From Rubripirellula sp. (GTDB lineage Bacteria; Planctomycetota; Planctomycetia; Pirellulales; Pirellulaceae): 64,000 bases of DNA. How positions within the stretch are numbered: the stretch's first letter is position 1; each line of letters starts with the position of its first letter. This document shows, one piece after another, positions 8,318 to 18,285 of this stretch. Made by a program: the position numbers and the translations under genes. The stretch spans positions 27,440 to 91,439 of the forward strand of contig JARGNK010000009.1 of the NCBI GenBank assembly GCA_029213145.1. The letters run 5' to 3'. The notes below the pieces were generated by a model that was not told the origin of the DNA, did not search any database, and saw nothing but the letters and a program-made list of their open reading frames with translations.

Positions 8318-10876
8318 TCACTCAACACGTTTACGATACATGAACGAATCAGACGTCAGAAGAGAGAGAATCACTGCGTTAAAACTGCCACCACTCTCCA
8401 CATAGGCTTCGTCGGCGTCAATCAGCGTTTTCGAATCGGTCAACATCTCATTTCGCCCCAAGTAAAACCGAAAGGCATGCCGAATGATCGACTGCCGTAC
8501 CCGCTTCGATTTAGCAAGCCGGTCAATCATCACCAATGCATCCGCCACCTCGCCATCTAACCTCGGCTCGCCAGTCCCCGATAAGTTGCCAGTCGAAACA
8601 ATTGGTACCGTTTTATAAACATCGAACGTCGATTTCCCATTCCCGCCTCGAATCAGATTTTCGGGATGCTCAAGTGACTCTTCTGTTCGGTACCGACCAA
8701 AATCATCGTAAATCTCGAATGGCAAACCTAAAGGATTCATTTGCTTGTGGCACTTCCAGCATGCGCTCTTGCTGGTCACATCCTCTAATCGCTGCCGAAA
8801 GGTCTTGTGAGGATCTTCGGGAACCTGAGCATCCACGGTGATCGGAATATCTGCTACGTGCCCAGCTAACAATTTTTCGCGAATCCAACGCCCGCGACGA
8901 ACCGGATCGGAGTGAAAGTTAGTCGAGTGGGCGATCAACCACGCCGGATGAGTCAAGATTCCCTTGCGATGCTCAATCCTAAAGGGCTGCTCAGGCGGAT
9001 AATCCCAGAACGTTCGCTTGGGAATATCACTCTGATACTTGGTCGATTTCCAACTGCCGTAACGATAAATACTCGGCGTCGGTGGAAGACTGTAAAACGG
9101 CGAGTGATGAAAGGTGTATCCGTGAGCCCAAGGAATCGTGGTGAACGGATTTCGGTCGTTGCCAAAGGACTCCTCAAAGTAGTGCATGTAATTGACCAAT
9201 TCACCTGGCCGTGAAGCATCCGTTATTCGCAGTAGCTTCTGTGCTTGCAAGAATTCAAGGTTCTCTGCGAGGACGGTCTCGGGATCCGTCTTCCAATTTG
9301 TGTCCTTCAATTCTTCGTAGACGCCCTTCCACTCGTCGATGATCTGCCGACCGGTCGTGTTATCCTTATCGTGGTAGACGAAAAACTTATCAGACGTAAG
9401 CAGGTTCTCAAAAACCCGCTCGTCTTTTTCAACATGCCAAGTAACGATCCGATCGGCTTCTAGAGTCAACCAACCGGGGGTCGCCTGACTTCCGCGACCT
9501 GGATTTTGATACTTCCCCTCGCTTCGCTTGCCGTCCTTAAAAACCTTTAACGAGCCAGCGTAACCGAAGAAGTCACGAAAAAATCGAATCGTGCGGGGAT
9601 GAGAGGTTTCGTTCGACCGGTAATGCTTCCCATTCAGCGTCGAGTCCACTTGGCCCCGATAGTAAGTTTCGTCCTGAAGCAATCGCTGCACCTCGCGACG
9701 GTAATCTTCCCGCGAGGTGAGCCTTCCCTCGGCCGCGGCTCTTACGAGTTCGGGATCGGGATTACGATCGCCGAGTGCATAGGAAATGGCGAAACTTGCT
9801 TCTCGGGGCGACATTTTCATGCGGCCATTCTCATCAGGTTCGCCCGCACCAAATTCTAAACGATACAGAAATTCGGATTCCAGCAGCACCGCTATCAGCA
9901 TTTGACGAATGCCATCAGTATTCCCACTCAACGTGATCGCATCTCGTGTCAACTTCAGGTATTTGGCAAGCTCGTCATCGCTTGCTGCTCGCTGCAAAAC
10001 AAAACTGAATTGGGACTGGATTGCCTCAGTAAGCTGTTGTTCACTCGGCTCTGAATCGAGCATGATCACCTGTTCAAAAGCAGGCGGAGTGGTTCGCAGA
10101 AACCAACGATCCTTCGTATTCGGAAAATCATTCGCTTTGATCTCGCCATGCTTGATTCGCGCCGCGCGAATTTGTTTGCTCGCGATCCACCGGGCATTGT
10201 CCAGCATCACCAGCAAGTTCCCTCCGTCCAGCATGTTCAGGTCGTAGTACCGAACCCCAGAACGTTCCGGCAGGATGAACGGGTTTGTGACGCCATAAAA
10301 CCTCTGGCCACGTTTTGAATACGAATCACGTTCACGACCGGTCAGTTGAAATGCGTCAATCACTCGCTCATGAAAGATTTGCGGGCTCACCAACCAGCGG
10401 CGAGCTGGCGTAAAACCTTTGGCTTGAATCGTGCCAGAGAAGAGCGTCTCATGATCAATGTAATTTCCATAGTCCGGGTAGCGTCGCTTTTTATCCAAGC
10501 TGGATGCGTCGGTTCCACTCAATTGATCACGAAGCCATTTCGCCAACAGACCTCGCTCCTCAGCATTTGGCTGTTCGGCATCATCCGGCGGCATCAGCCC
10601 AAACAACAGTTGTTCCTCAACTACGTTCAGCAACTTGAGATGGTCACCGGCATTCCAACTGGCCAGCCCATCAAAACTAACATCCGCTTCGGCTGTATCG
10701 ATGCCATGGCAATCACCACAGTACTTGGTAACAACCGCGTTCACCTCAATAGGAACGATCCCAGTATTACCGCGATCCTCAGCTACCGAGGTTGATGCCC
10801 AAAACATCAGCGGCAACAACATCACCAACAACGTGGATGATTGCACCACTCGAAAACGCATTCTCAGAAAATTCAA
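8318..10876 (-). CDS. Planctomycete cytochrome c + DUF1595/1592/1588/1585-type (PSD) protein (copy 1)
   Basis: Signal peptide, CGDCH, LESEFLYRLE, ISYALGDRNPDPEL, GILTHPAWL, DPVRRGRWIREKLL, CWKCH, MNPLGLPFEIYD. Confidence 0.85.
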   Translation of the reverse strand: MNFLRMRFRVVQSSTLLVMLLPLMFWASTSVAEDRGNTGIVPIEVNAVVTKYCGDCHGIDTAEADVSFDGLASWNAGDHLKLLNVVEEQLLFGLMPPDDAEQPNAEERGLLAKWLRDQLSGTDASSLDKKRRYPDYGNYIDHETLFSGTIQAKGFTPARRWLVSPQIFHERVIDAFQLTGRERDSYSKRGQRFYGVTNPFILPERSGVRYYDLNMLDGGNLLVMLDNARWIASKQIRAARIKHGEIKANDFPNTKDRWFLRTTPPAFEQVIMLDSEPSEQQLTEAIQSQFSFVLQRAASDDELAKYLKLTRDAITLSGNTDGIRQMLIAVLLESEFLYRLEFGAGEPDENGRMKMSPREASFAISYALGDRNPDPELVRAAAEGRLTSREDYRREVQRLLQDETYYRGQVDSTLNGKHYRSNETSHPRTIRFFRDFFGYAGSLKVFKDGKRSEGKYQNPGRGSQATPGWLTLEADRIVTWHVEKDERVFENLLTSDKFFVYHDKDNTTGRQIIDEWKGVYEELKDTNWKTDPETVLAENLEFLQAQKLLRITDASRPGELVNYMHYFEESFGNDRNPFTTIPWAHGYTFHHSPFYSLPPTPSIYRYGSWKSTKYQSDIPKRTFWDYPPEQPFRIEHRKGILTHPAWLIAHSTNFHSDPVRRGRWIREKLLAGHVADIPITVDAQVPEDPHKTFRQRLEDVTSKSACWKCHKQMNPLGLPFEIYDDFGRYRTEESLEHPENLIRGGNGKSTFDVYKTVPIVSTGNLSGTGEPRLDGEVADALVMIDRLAKSKRVRQSIIRHAFRFYLGRNEMLTDSKTLIDADEAYVESGGSFNAVILSLLTSDSFMYRKRVE

Positions 10877-10885
10877 TGCGGGAAC

Positions 10886-11569
10886 CTAATCCAAATTGAG
10901 TTCGTTCAAAATGCTCCGCATGATCGGTGGATGCAGCGGCTTACGGTCGAAAAAAAATGGATCCGCGCCATGACTTGCGGGACGATCCATGTCGATCTGA
11001 GCCCTGACATAGGCATACATGTCATTGACCGTCACCTCCTCATCACCCATCACACGCATCGCAATTGCGTTGTATTCAACCTCCGACCCCATTTCAAACA
11101 GATTCGATGCCGAGTGCCGAATTGGAGTCGTGGTCGCCCAGATCAGCTTCGCGTCAGTCATGCGAAGTCGCTTGACGAGTTTTCTTAGATTCTGCTCGTA
11201 GCTGTTTGAATCGGTCGTTCGAATGCCACCTGATGAAATCGGCATCACGCGAAACGTTTTCATACCAGGGGCTCGGTAAACCAAATCCCCAAGCCCTCCA
11301 TTGAAATGGATCAAATCCCACTTCCCATCACCCAGCCAGGCATTCAAGTTTTCCAACAGCGTTGCCGTGTTACGGACTTCACCAGGCATTAGAGCGGGAA
11401 ACACGACATCGACTTTACCCTTCAACGCCTTAGCGACTTCTCGTGCAGGTTGTTGATAAACACTATCGCCAAGAATCAGCACGCGTGGAACGCGATCCCC
11501 CTCCCCGTGCACCGTGATGGGAGACAAGCAGAATGCGAATAAAAAAAATTGACGAATCATTCCGACCAT
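10886..11569 (-). CDS. SGNH/GDSL-fold protein with atypical C-terminal catalytic block
   Basis: VLILGDSV, WDLIHFNGGLGDL, YEQNL, LIWATTTP, YNAIA. Gaps of 3 and 9 nt to its neighbours suggest one operon. Confidence 0.75.
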   Translation of the reverse strand: MVGMIRQFFLFAFCLSPITVHGEGDRVPRVLILGDSVYQQPAREVAKALKGKVDVVFPALMPGEVRNTATLLENLNAWLGDGKWDLIHFNGGLGDLVYRAPGMKTFRVMPISSGGIRTTDSNSYEQNLRKLVKRLRMTDAKLIWATTTPIRHSASNLFEMGSEVEYNAIAMRVMGDEEVTVNDMYAYVRAQIDMDRPASHGADPFFFDRKPLHPPIMRSILNELNLD

Positions 11570-11572
11570 TGA

Positions 11573-12934
11573 TCAGCTCATCAATTGGCTCATGTTACCC
11601 GTGCTATCGGCAAATCGCTCGACCGGCACATCCACCGCGTTCAACATCGAGACAAACAAGTTCGCCAGCGGAACCTTCTGATCCCCCTCAAACGCGTGCA
11701 GATTCCCATGCTTGAATCCCAAGCCAGATCCGCCAGCCAATTGAATTGGATAATGCTTCGTGCTGTGGGAGGCGTGTGGATGGGACGACCCCCACAGCAC
11801 CACCGTATGATCCAACATCGTTCCATTGCCTTCCGGTGTGTCCCGAAGGCGGTTCAGGAAATAAGCATGCTGCTCCGCTCGCCAGCGATCCCATTTACCC
11901 GAATAATCAGTCGGTCGTTTATGAGCAATATCATGAGTCGCCCCCTTATACCCGAGCACATAAGTTGCATAGTTCCACATCTCACTATCCTGCGACTGCT
12001 CACTTTCGAGCATCAAAGATGCAAACCGGGTTGCGTCCGTTTGAAAGGCAAGAAAAATCAGATCGTACATACACCGGATATACTCTTGCGGATCTTTGTG
12101 CGAAACCTCGATGTTCAGTCCCTTTGTATCAACCTGCGGCAGTGACTTGTGCGTCCATTGACTGGTTCTTTCGACACGCTGCTCAAGAACGCGAATCGAA
12201 TCGAGGTATTCATCTACTTTGACCTGGTCTTCATTGCCTAAACGATTCTTGAAACTCCGGCTATTTTCCATTAACAAATCGAGAATGCTGGCTTCCCGTT
12301 TCAATCCCGCACGCACCTGCTCGACTCCCTTACCGGCATACGGATTGAACAAGCGATTGAAAATATCCTGCGGTTTATGCAAGGAAGGTATCGGACGTCC
12401 AGGACCGCGGTGCGAGAGTGTTTTACTTGATCCGTAAGATCCCGTACCACCTTCAGTCCCCAGTGTTAACGAGGCATAACGTGTTTGATGACCCTGCGCA
12501 TTGGCGGCAACTTGATCGACCGAAATATTGTTGGTCTTCTCGTGCTCGGTCATATCGGCGCCGGTCGCAAAAACATCACCGCTACTATGTCCCCCCATCG
12601 ACCAACCGCCCTTGTGATCTAAACCACGCAGGTAGGTCACCTCAGCTTTCAGTGGTTCGAACGGAGCAGACGATTGATTGAAGGTCAGAGGGCCTGGCTG
12701 GGAGCATGGCCACCAACTCCAATCGTGATGTGGTTTATTCGCCGCGGGAATGCCGCTCGACCCATTGGGCATATACGCCCCGTAGGCGAAATAGCTGACC
12801 AGCATCCGCTTGGCCGGCAACGGACGATCCGATCCCCCAGCGAAGCTCATCCCATTTAAAAAGGGCAGAGAAAGACCAATTCCCCCTCCACGGAGAAGCT
12901 CCCTGCGATTCAAATACCAAGATTTCTGTGACAT
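11573..12934 (-). CDS. DUF1552 domain protein with Tat-like signal (copy 2)
   Basis: NRRELLRG leader; GGHSSG, NISVDQVAA, YLDSIRVLEQR, LAFQTDATR, HDIAH, GTMLDHTVVLWGS and VPLANLFVSML. Confidence 0.85.
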   Translation of the reverse strand: MSQKSWYLNRRELLRGGGIGLSLPFLNGMSFAGGSDRPLPAKRMLVSYFAYGAYMPNGSSGIPAANKPHHDWSWWPCSQPGPLTFNQSSAPFEPLKAEVTYLRGLDHKGGWSMGGHSSGDVFATGADMTEHEKTNNISVDQVAANAQGHQTRYASLTLGTEGGTGSYGSSKTLSHRGPGRPIPSLHKPQDIFNRLFNPYAGKGVEQVRAGLKREASILDLLMENSRSFKNRLGNEDQVKVDEYLDSIRVLEQRVERTSQWTHKSLPQVDTKGLNIEVSHKDPQEYIRCMYDLIFLAFQTDATRFASLMLESEQSQDSEMWNYATYVLGYKGATHDIAHKRPTDYSGKWDRWRAEQHAYFLNRLRDTPEGNGTMLDHTVVLWGSSHPHASHSTKHYPIQLAGGSGLGFKHGNLHAFEGDQKVPLANLFVSMLNAVDVPVERFADSTGNMSQLMS

Positions 12935-13026
12935 GATCTTTTCCCCAAGCGGCGGAGCGGGTCGTCAACCCAGTCGTTTCAGCAACCTAAACTTACGCAG
13001 CATCTCACCTGACGTTTCGCCACCGC

Positions 13027-15597
13027 CTATTCTCCTCGAAATGTTTTGCTGTTGCAGATCAAGACAATCAGATCCTGAAATTTGTAATCTCGTTGTTTAC
13101 CGTTCTCCAACAGTTTGGCTACTGCGAAACGATCACGCCACGTCAATTCACGACCAATCGCGTAACTAAGCAGCCGGCGGAGCACGTTCTCCACGATTTC
13201 GTCTTGACGATCGTGAAGCAAGTAATCCTTTAGCTCTCGCATACCATCGACGACGAAACCGCCTGGCAAACGAGCTTTCGCGTCTACCGAAACGGTGTGA
13301 ATTGATTTTAGATACGCGTTGTATCCGACCAAATCGTGGTGTGTCTGTCGGTTGAACCCACTGACTCGAGTCCCCGCCTCGGGAACCAATGGTTGAAAAC
13401 GCCCAATTGCATTGTATTGCTCGAAAGGGATCCCCCAGGGGTCCAAGCGAGTATGACAATCGTTGCAGCTTTCCTGCTTGCGATGCTGTTGCAACAGTTC
13501 AGCGATCGTCAAGGCATTTTCCGCAGACTCCCCCACTGATTCGTTCAATGCGGGGACCTCAGCCGGTGGGGCAGGCACGGCGTCGCCTAAAATTGCTTCG
13601 CGTAGCCAAACCGCTCGATAAATTGGATGCGGCGCAGTGCCCGTGCCATTGCCAATCAAGATCGCTCCCTGCGTCAACAATCCACCTAGTCGGTGGTCAG
13701 GCGTTAATGATACTGGCCGCAGAGCATCCCCCTTCACTCCATCAACTCCATAATGTGCAGCAAGCGGTTGGTTCAGGTACGCGAAATCCGAGTCGATCAG
13801 ATTTAAGACACTTGCGTTGCGACGGATCAACTCACCGACAAAACCGACAGTTTCAGCATGCATGTGGTCTCGGATCGTCGGCCGGTAAGGAACCTCTGTA
13901 CCGCGTCGCTCTCCTGCGTTCACGTAGTAAAGGAACCGGGGAAACAAATCGCGGTTGACTGGCACCGTCTTCAACTTTCGAAGACTCAGCCACTGAGTCG
14001 CAAAGTTATCAACGAAATCGCTCGCACGCTCGTCCGCTAACATTCGCCGAACCTGTTCTTCGACAACGGTTTGATCCCCAAGCCTGCCATCGGCCGCCAG
14101 CTCAAACAACTCTTGATCCGGCATGCTGCCCCACAAAAAGTAGGATAACTTCGATGCTTGTTCGTAGCCTCGCAACGAATCATCGTCAGCCGCAGTGGTG
14201 TGATACAGGAATTGCGGAGACACCAAGACCATCGCCAATGTTTCTCGCATGGCGGCTTCCATCGATCCCAATTCCGGCGCAACAAGATCGTGAATCGCTA
14301 AGAATCTTTCCACCTCTGCTTGGTTTGCCGGGCGTCGGTAGGCACGCGACATAAATCGTTTCAACACCTGGCGCACATACGCCCGAGGATCGCTCACACG
14401 CAGCGACGAATCGAATAAAATTTGCGTGTGATGCGTGGGAGGCCAAACATCGACAACTGGCACCTCCATTTCGATCCACTCAATCACGGCTCGCGGCATG
14501 GCAAGATCTCGTCGTCCATCGTTGAGCGTCCCATCATCGTAGAGATTCTGAGGCGTGATTGTCATCGAAGCCGGTAACTGTTTGCCCTTCACCACCCGCC
14601 CCGGCTTGGCAGGATGGTTTTCGATTCGCCCGCGGAACTCGAAAACCTGCGGCTCGTCAGGACTATTTCGTAATCGAACAGTACCGACCGGTTCGATTTG
14701 CTCAGTCGCACTATTGACATTGATCCCAAAGCCCATCACCAACCTTAAAGGCAACTCCTCTACACCAGGCGGCAAGATCGCGGCTGCTTTTATACGAATT
14801 CGATACTCACCGGTTGATGAGAATTCTTTCACCCCAATCCCCGTTGCAGGACTGTGGCGGCGATTCCCCCAAACTCCTACTTCATCTAGACCAAGCCCCT
14901 TATCGACGCCATGCGGCTTAAATTCGCGGTAAGTGCGATGAACGGTGGGCTTTTGCGGATCGACAATCGCACTCGCCATCACCATTCGGGCGCACTCCAA
15001 GTAGCGATTCACCTGCTCGGGTCCCAAACGCATCAATGCGGCGGTGTTATTGAACTGGTACGGCTTTACGGGATCCTTGGATAACCGATCGATCAAATTC
15101 AACTCAAAGCCGATCAAATCACGAATCGTGTTCTGATACTCAAAATTCGTCAAACGTCGCGCGTGGGGAGTTGTCGGCGGCTGATCGAGAATTGAAACGT
15201 AATCCTGCATCCCCGATTCGATCCACTCGACAACCGCGTCCGTCGCTGCCTTTGAGGGCTGTGGCTCACCCTCTGGTGGCATTTCACCGCTGCTAACTCT
15301 CTCCAACACCATTTCCCAATGGTCGATATCGCTTTCAGCAGCGATCGTATCACTCAGTCTGCTGATCAGCAAATCTCCCTTGGGGTTTTCCCCACCGTGA
15401 CAGCGAACACAGTGTTTTTGCAAGAAAGGAGAGACCTTCGCATCAAAGGTTTCTCGACTGGCCGGATCCTCCGCTAAGGCATTCCCAATCAAAGAGAATC
15501 CCGAAACCCACAAAAAACAAGCGCACAGCCATCGCTTCACTAAACCGAACAGCTGACCGCTAAGCATAGATCGCTTCACAAGGCACACTCCCAGCAC
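13027..15597 (-). CDS. PSCyt + DUF1587/1595/1592/1588/1585 protein (copy 2)
   Basis: CVRCH, MPPEGEPQP, RRLTNFEYQNTIRDL, RAYRRP, LVSPQFLY, LSYFLWGSMPDQEL, GGLLTQGA, CNDCH, DPWGIPFEQYNAIG. The start may be the ATG at 15567. Confidence 0.88.
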   Translation of the reverse strand: MLGVCLVKRSMLSGQLFGLVKRWLCACFLWVSGFSLIGNALAEDPASRETFDAKVSPFLQKHCVRCHGGENPKGDLLISRLSDTIAAESDIDHWEMVLERVSSGEMPPEGEPQPSKAATDAVVEWIESGMQDYVSILDQPPTTPHARRLTNFEYQNTIRDLIGFELNLIDRLSKDPVKPYQFNNTAALMRLGPEQVNRYLECARMVMASAIVDPQKPTVHRTYREFKPHGVDKGLGLDEVGVWGNRRHSPATGIGVKEFSSTGEYRIRIKAAAILPPGVEELPLRLVMGFGINVNSATEQIEPVGTVRLRNSPDEPQVFEFRGRIENHPAKPGRVVKGKQLPASMTITPQNLYDDGTLNDGRRDLAMPRAVIEWIEMEVPVVDVWPPTHHTQILFDSSLRVSDPRAYVRQVLKRFMSRAYRRPANQAEVERFLAIHDLVAPELGSMEAAMRETLAMVLVSPQFLYHTTAADDDSLRGYEQASKLSYFLWGSMPDQELFELAADGRLGDQTVVEEQVRRMLADERASDFVDNFATQWLSLRKLKTVPVNRDLFPRFLYYVNAGERRGTEVPYRPTIRDHMHAETVGFVGELIRRNASVLNLIDSDFAYLNQPLAAHYGVDGVKGDALRPVSLTPDHRLGGLLTQGAILIGNGTGTAPHPIYRAVWLREAILGDAVPAPPAEVPALNESVGESAENALTIAELLQQHRKQESCNDCHTRLDPWGIPFEQYNAIGRFQPLVPEAGTRVSGFNRQTHHDLVGYNAYLKSIHTVSVDAKARLPGGFVVDGMRELKDYLLHDRQDEIVENVLRRLLSYAIGRELTWRDRFAVAKLLENGKQRDYKFQDLIVLICNSKTFRGE

Positions 15598-15698
15598 CAG
15601 ACGTCAGCAGAAAGCCTTCCAACCACTCGCTTCCCAAAAAACAAGCACGCTCAAATCTGGAAACCGAGCTACGAGAAACGGATTGAAGCAACAACCGA

Positions 15699-16649
15699 TT
15701 AACCTTCCTTCCCGGACTGTATCTCTTTTTGACGGTCAACGGCAGGAACCTTTTCTTGATCCACCAACCACTTCAATAATCCCGTCTGCCATGCTGTCCA
15801 CATGGGACCTTGGTAGCCATTAAGCCCATGACCACCATTTGGTAATTCCAAATACTGAGTTTCGACGCCGTGTTCTTTGAGTGCAGCATGAAACATCTCG
15901 CTATTCTCTGGCACAACGACGCGGTCGTCCTTCGCATGCACCAAGAACGCTGGCGGTGTGTCAGCTGTCACTTGTTTTTCGTTTGAAAATTCAACAATCA
16001 GCTCACTCGATGGATTATCACCAAGCAGATTGCGCCGCGACCCTGTGTGCGTCTGCTCTCCCATCGTAATCACCGGGTAGACCAACACCATGAAATCAGG
16101 GCGACAATGGTTGCTGGCAGCCAGAACCTCAGCTGGTTTTCCGTCGCCAGCATTTTCCGGATCCGGAACAAGCGGTGATGGATAATGAGTTCCTGCAGTG
16201 GAGGCCAGATGCCCACCTGCCGAGAAACCCATGATGCCGACCCGTCGCGGATCAATGTTCCAGGTCGTTGCGTTTGCCCGCACCACGCGTAACGCTTGCT
16301 GAGCATCCGCCAGTGGCAACTGCGATCGTCCACGCGGCAACTCATACTCCAAAACAATCCCGGCTATGCCATTTTCATTCAACCACTTTGCCACCCCATG
16401 GCCCTCGGGCCCTGTAACAAGCGTTCCATATCCACCGCCAGGACAAATAACGATCGCGGCTCCATTGGGCCGAGAGGGAAGATGCACAGTGATTACTGCC
16501 TGACTCTCGCTCGTTTTGCCAGGCCACAGTTCGATGCGTTCCCCTGCTTTCAAAGTAGACGAATCGAATGTGATCACCGATGCAAACAATAAACAACTTA
16601 TCGAGAGCTTGATCGAAAAAGGGTGCAGTAGTTGGCGACTGTAATTCAT
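15699..16649 (-). CDS. Alpha/beta hydrolase (acetyl-xylan-esterase/BD-FAE-like), secreted
   Basis: ICPGGGY oxyanion motif, GFSAGGH nucleophile, VHAKDD..V acid and GGHG histidine. Likely ATG at 16649. Confidence 0.85.
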   Translation of the reverse strand: MNYSRQLLHPFSIKLSISCLLFASVITFDSSTLKAGERIELWPGKTSESQAVITVHLPSRPNGAAIVICPGGGYGTLVTGPEGHGVAKWLNENGIAGIVLEYELPRGRSQLPLADAQQALRVVRANATTWNIDPRRVGIMGFSAGGHLASTAGTHYPSPLVPDPENAGDGKPAEVLAASNHCRPDFMVLVYPVITMGEQTHTGSRRNLLGDNPSSELIVEFSNEKQVTADTPPAFLVHAKDDRVVVPENSEMFHAALKEHGVETQYLELPNGGHGLNGYQGPMWTAWQTGLLKWLVDQEKVPAVDRQKEIQSGKEG

Positions 16650-16694
16650 GGATGTTCTGGGGTCCGATGCCAAGGTAAATTCGTCACGAAGAGC

Positions 16695-16736
16695 AAGGTG
16701 TGCGTGCCAAGGTAAAAGGTGTGCGTGCCAAGGTAA
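16695..16736. repeat. Perfect 21-bp direct tandem duplication
   Basis: AAGGTGTGCGTGCCAAGGTAA x2, about 45-90 bp upstream of the esterase start. Confidence 0.85.
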
Positions 16737-17357
16737 ATTGAAAAAGCATCGGCACCCTAAGATGCAAAGGTTCTTGATGCTGAGGGGCGGGTAAGCAAAT
16801 GCCAATGAATCCCAACATGATAATAGATGCGGCTTGAGAGCACATGGCAACCGCTCGCTGCAGCGGAACCGTTTACCGGCTCGAGCAAGCATTTCGTTGC
16901 TCCGAGCCTCGACGCCTCCTCCTCGCTGCAGCCACTCTTTTTAGATGACAGAAGATCTGACGAGAGATATGTCGCCAATTTGGAGGGAAGTGTCGAAGTC
17001 GAAGGGGATCGCGCATCCGCCCCCAAAACGCGTCCCCCGGCACCAAACGCTCGGTTGCAAGCCGTCGCCGACACTGGATGCCCTCTTACACGCTACAGGC
17101 CCGAAAACCCGGATTGCCTGGGTGAAGGGCACAGCTGACTAACTTTGCCGATCACTAACCAAGTCAGGTTGTGATTCACGACTTGGCACGCTTGAAGGAT
17201 CGTTCGCGTTGCAATCTTCTTAAGTCCCACTGGACCACTCTCGAATCGATACGCGGTCCCATTGAGGCCGATGCAAACATGTCTAATCCAATTTTGGAAC
17301 GAACTTTAGCGACTCTCACCAGTATGAAATCGACTGCTCGCAACCAGTGACACTTGC

Positions 17358-18194
17358 TTGCCGATGCTCCGAACTGAGGAGCTGGACCACTGGCTAAGGC
17401 ACTTTGGCTTGGAGCATTGCTTTCGTGCGATCCTGGTCGAAACCAACAACGAATTGGTTGCCGCACTTCAACGGCTCACACCCGCGCGGATCATCGCAGG
17501 ATCATCGCAGGATCATCGCAGGATAAACGCCAGGAATTTTGCCACCGGTGAAGAGAATGGGCGAATTGTCTGGCACTGCCCAGACCCGAGAGCGATTATC
17601 AAAACGGAGGAAGTTCAAGTGTCAAAGCGTTTGCGAGGATATTTGCGTAACGAACGCTTCGAAATTCGCTTCAACAATGACTTTCAATCCGTTCTTCAGA
17701 ATTGTGCAAATCGAGACAAGACTTGGATCAACGGCGATATCATCAGCAATTTCGCTGAACTACATCGCATGAGATTCGCACATCGCGTCACGGCGTACAG
17801 AGAGGGTCGACTGGTAGGTGGTGGATACGGCATCACGCTTGCCAATGGCTTTTTCTTAAAAAGTATGTTTTGCACGAAGAATCACGCGAGCAAAGCTGCC
17901 TTCGTCCGACTCGCCGAAAATTGATCGGCGAATAGGTTCACGACCATCGACTGCCAGTTCACGACCGAACACTGGCGCAGATTTGGTGCTCAACCGGTGA
18001 CACCCGAGGAATTTCAGCAAACGGTTGCGTTCGGCCTTGGAAATCCCGCTCTCTTTTCGGAAGCGAACTGGTGTAGTAGCCCAGTTCGCAATGCAATCAC
18101 ACCAGCCACCGATAGGACAGCGTTAGCCCCTGAAGTGATGTCACCAAATCCCATCGTGATTGCGCCGATCAACACACCACAACCGGTCATTTGA
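17358..18194 (+). pseudogene. aat: Decayed leucyl/phenylalanyl-tRNA-protein transferase
   Basis: IVWHCPDPRAII, VSKRLR, FEIRFNNDFQSVLQNC, LVGGGYGI, SMF..NHASKAAF. An in-frame TGA at 17922-17924 is followed in the same frame by FTTIDCQFTTEHWRRFGA. The N-terminal YxxGIFPM region is scrambled. Confidence 0.8.
17488..17520. repeat. 11-bp tandem repeat x3 inside aat
   Basis: GGATCATCGCA x3, followed by GGATA. Confidence 0.9.
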
Positions 18195-18285
18195 TCTGCA
18201 ACTACCGAACGTTCAAGCGGGGCCAGAAAAGCTCCGTCCCAAAAACAGCTTCCCGAAGCATCGCCAACAACCAGATTTGACTGAT

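Noticed and set aside
16827-17138. 103-aa ORF containing RRSDER (PilZ-like RxxxR)
   Set aside because: No downstream D/NxSxxG motif or beta-barrel pattern. It may be decayed DNA adjoining the aat remnant, but it cannot be supported as a gene.
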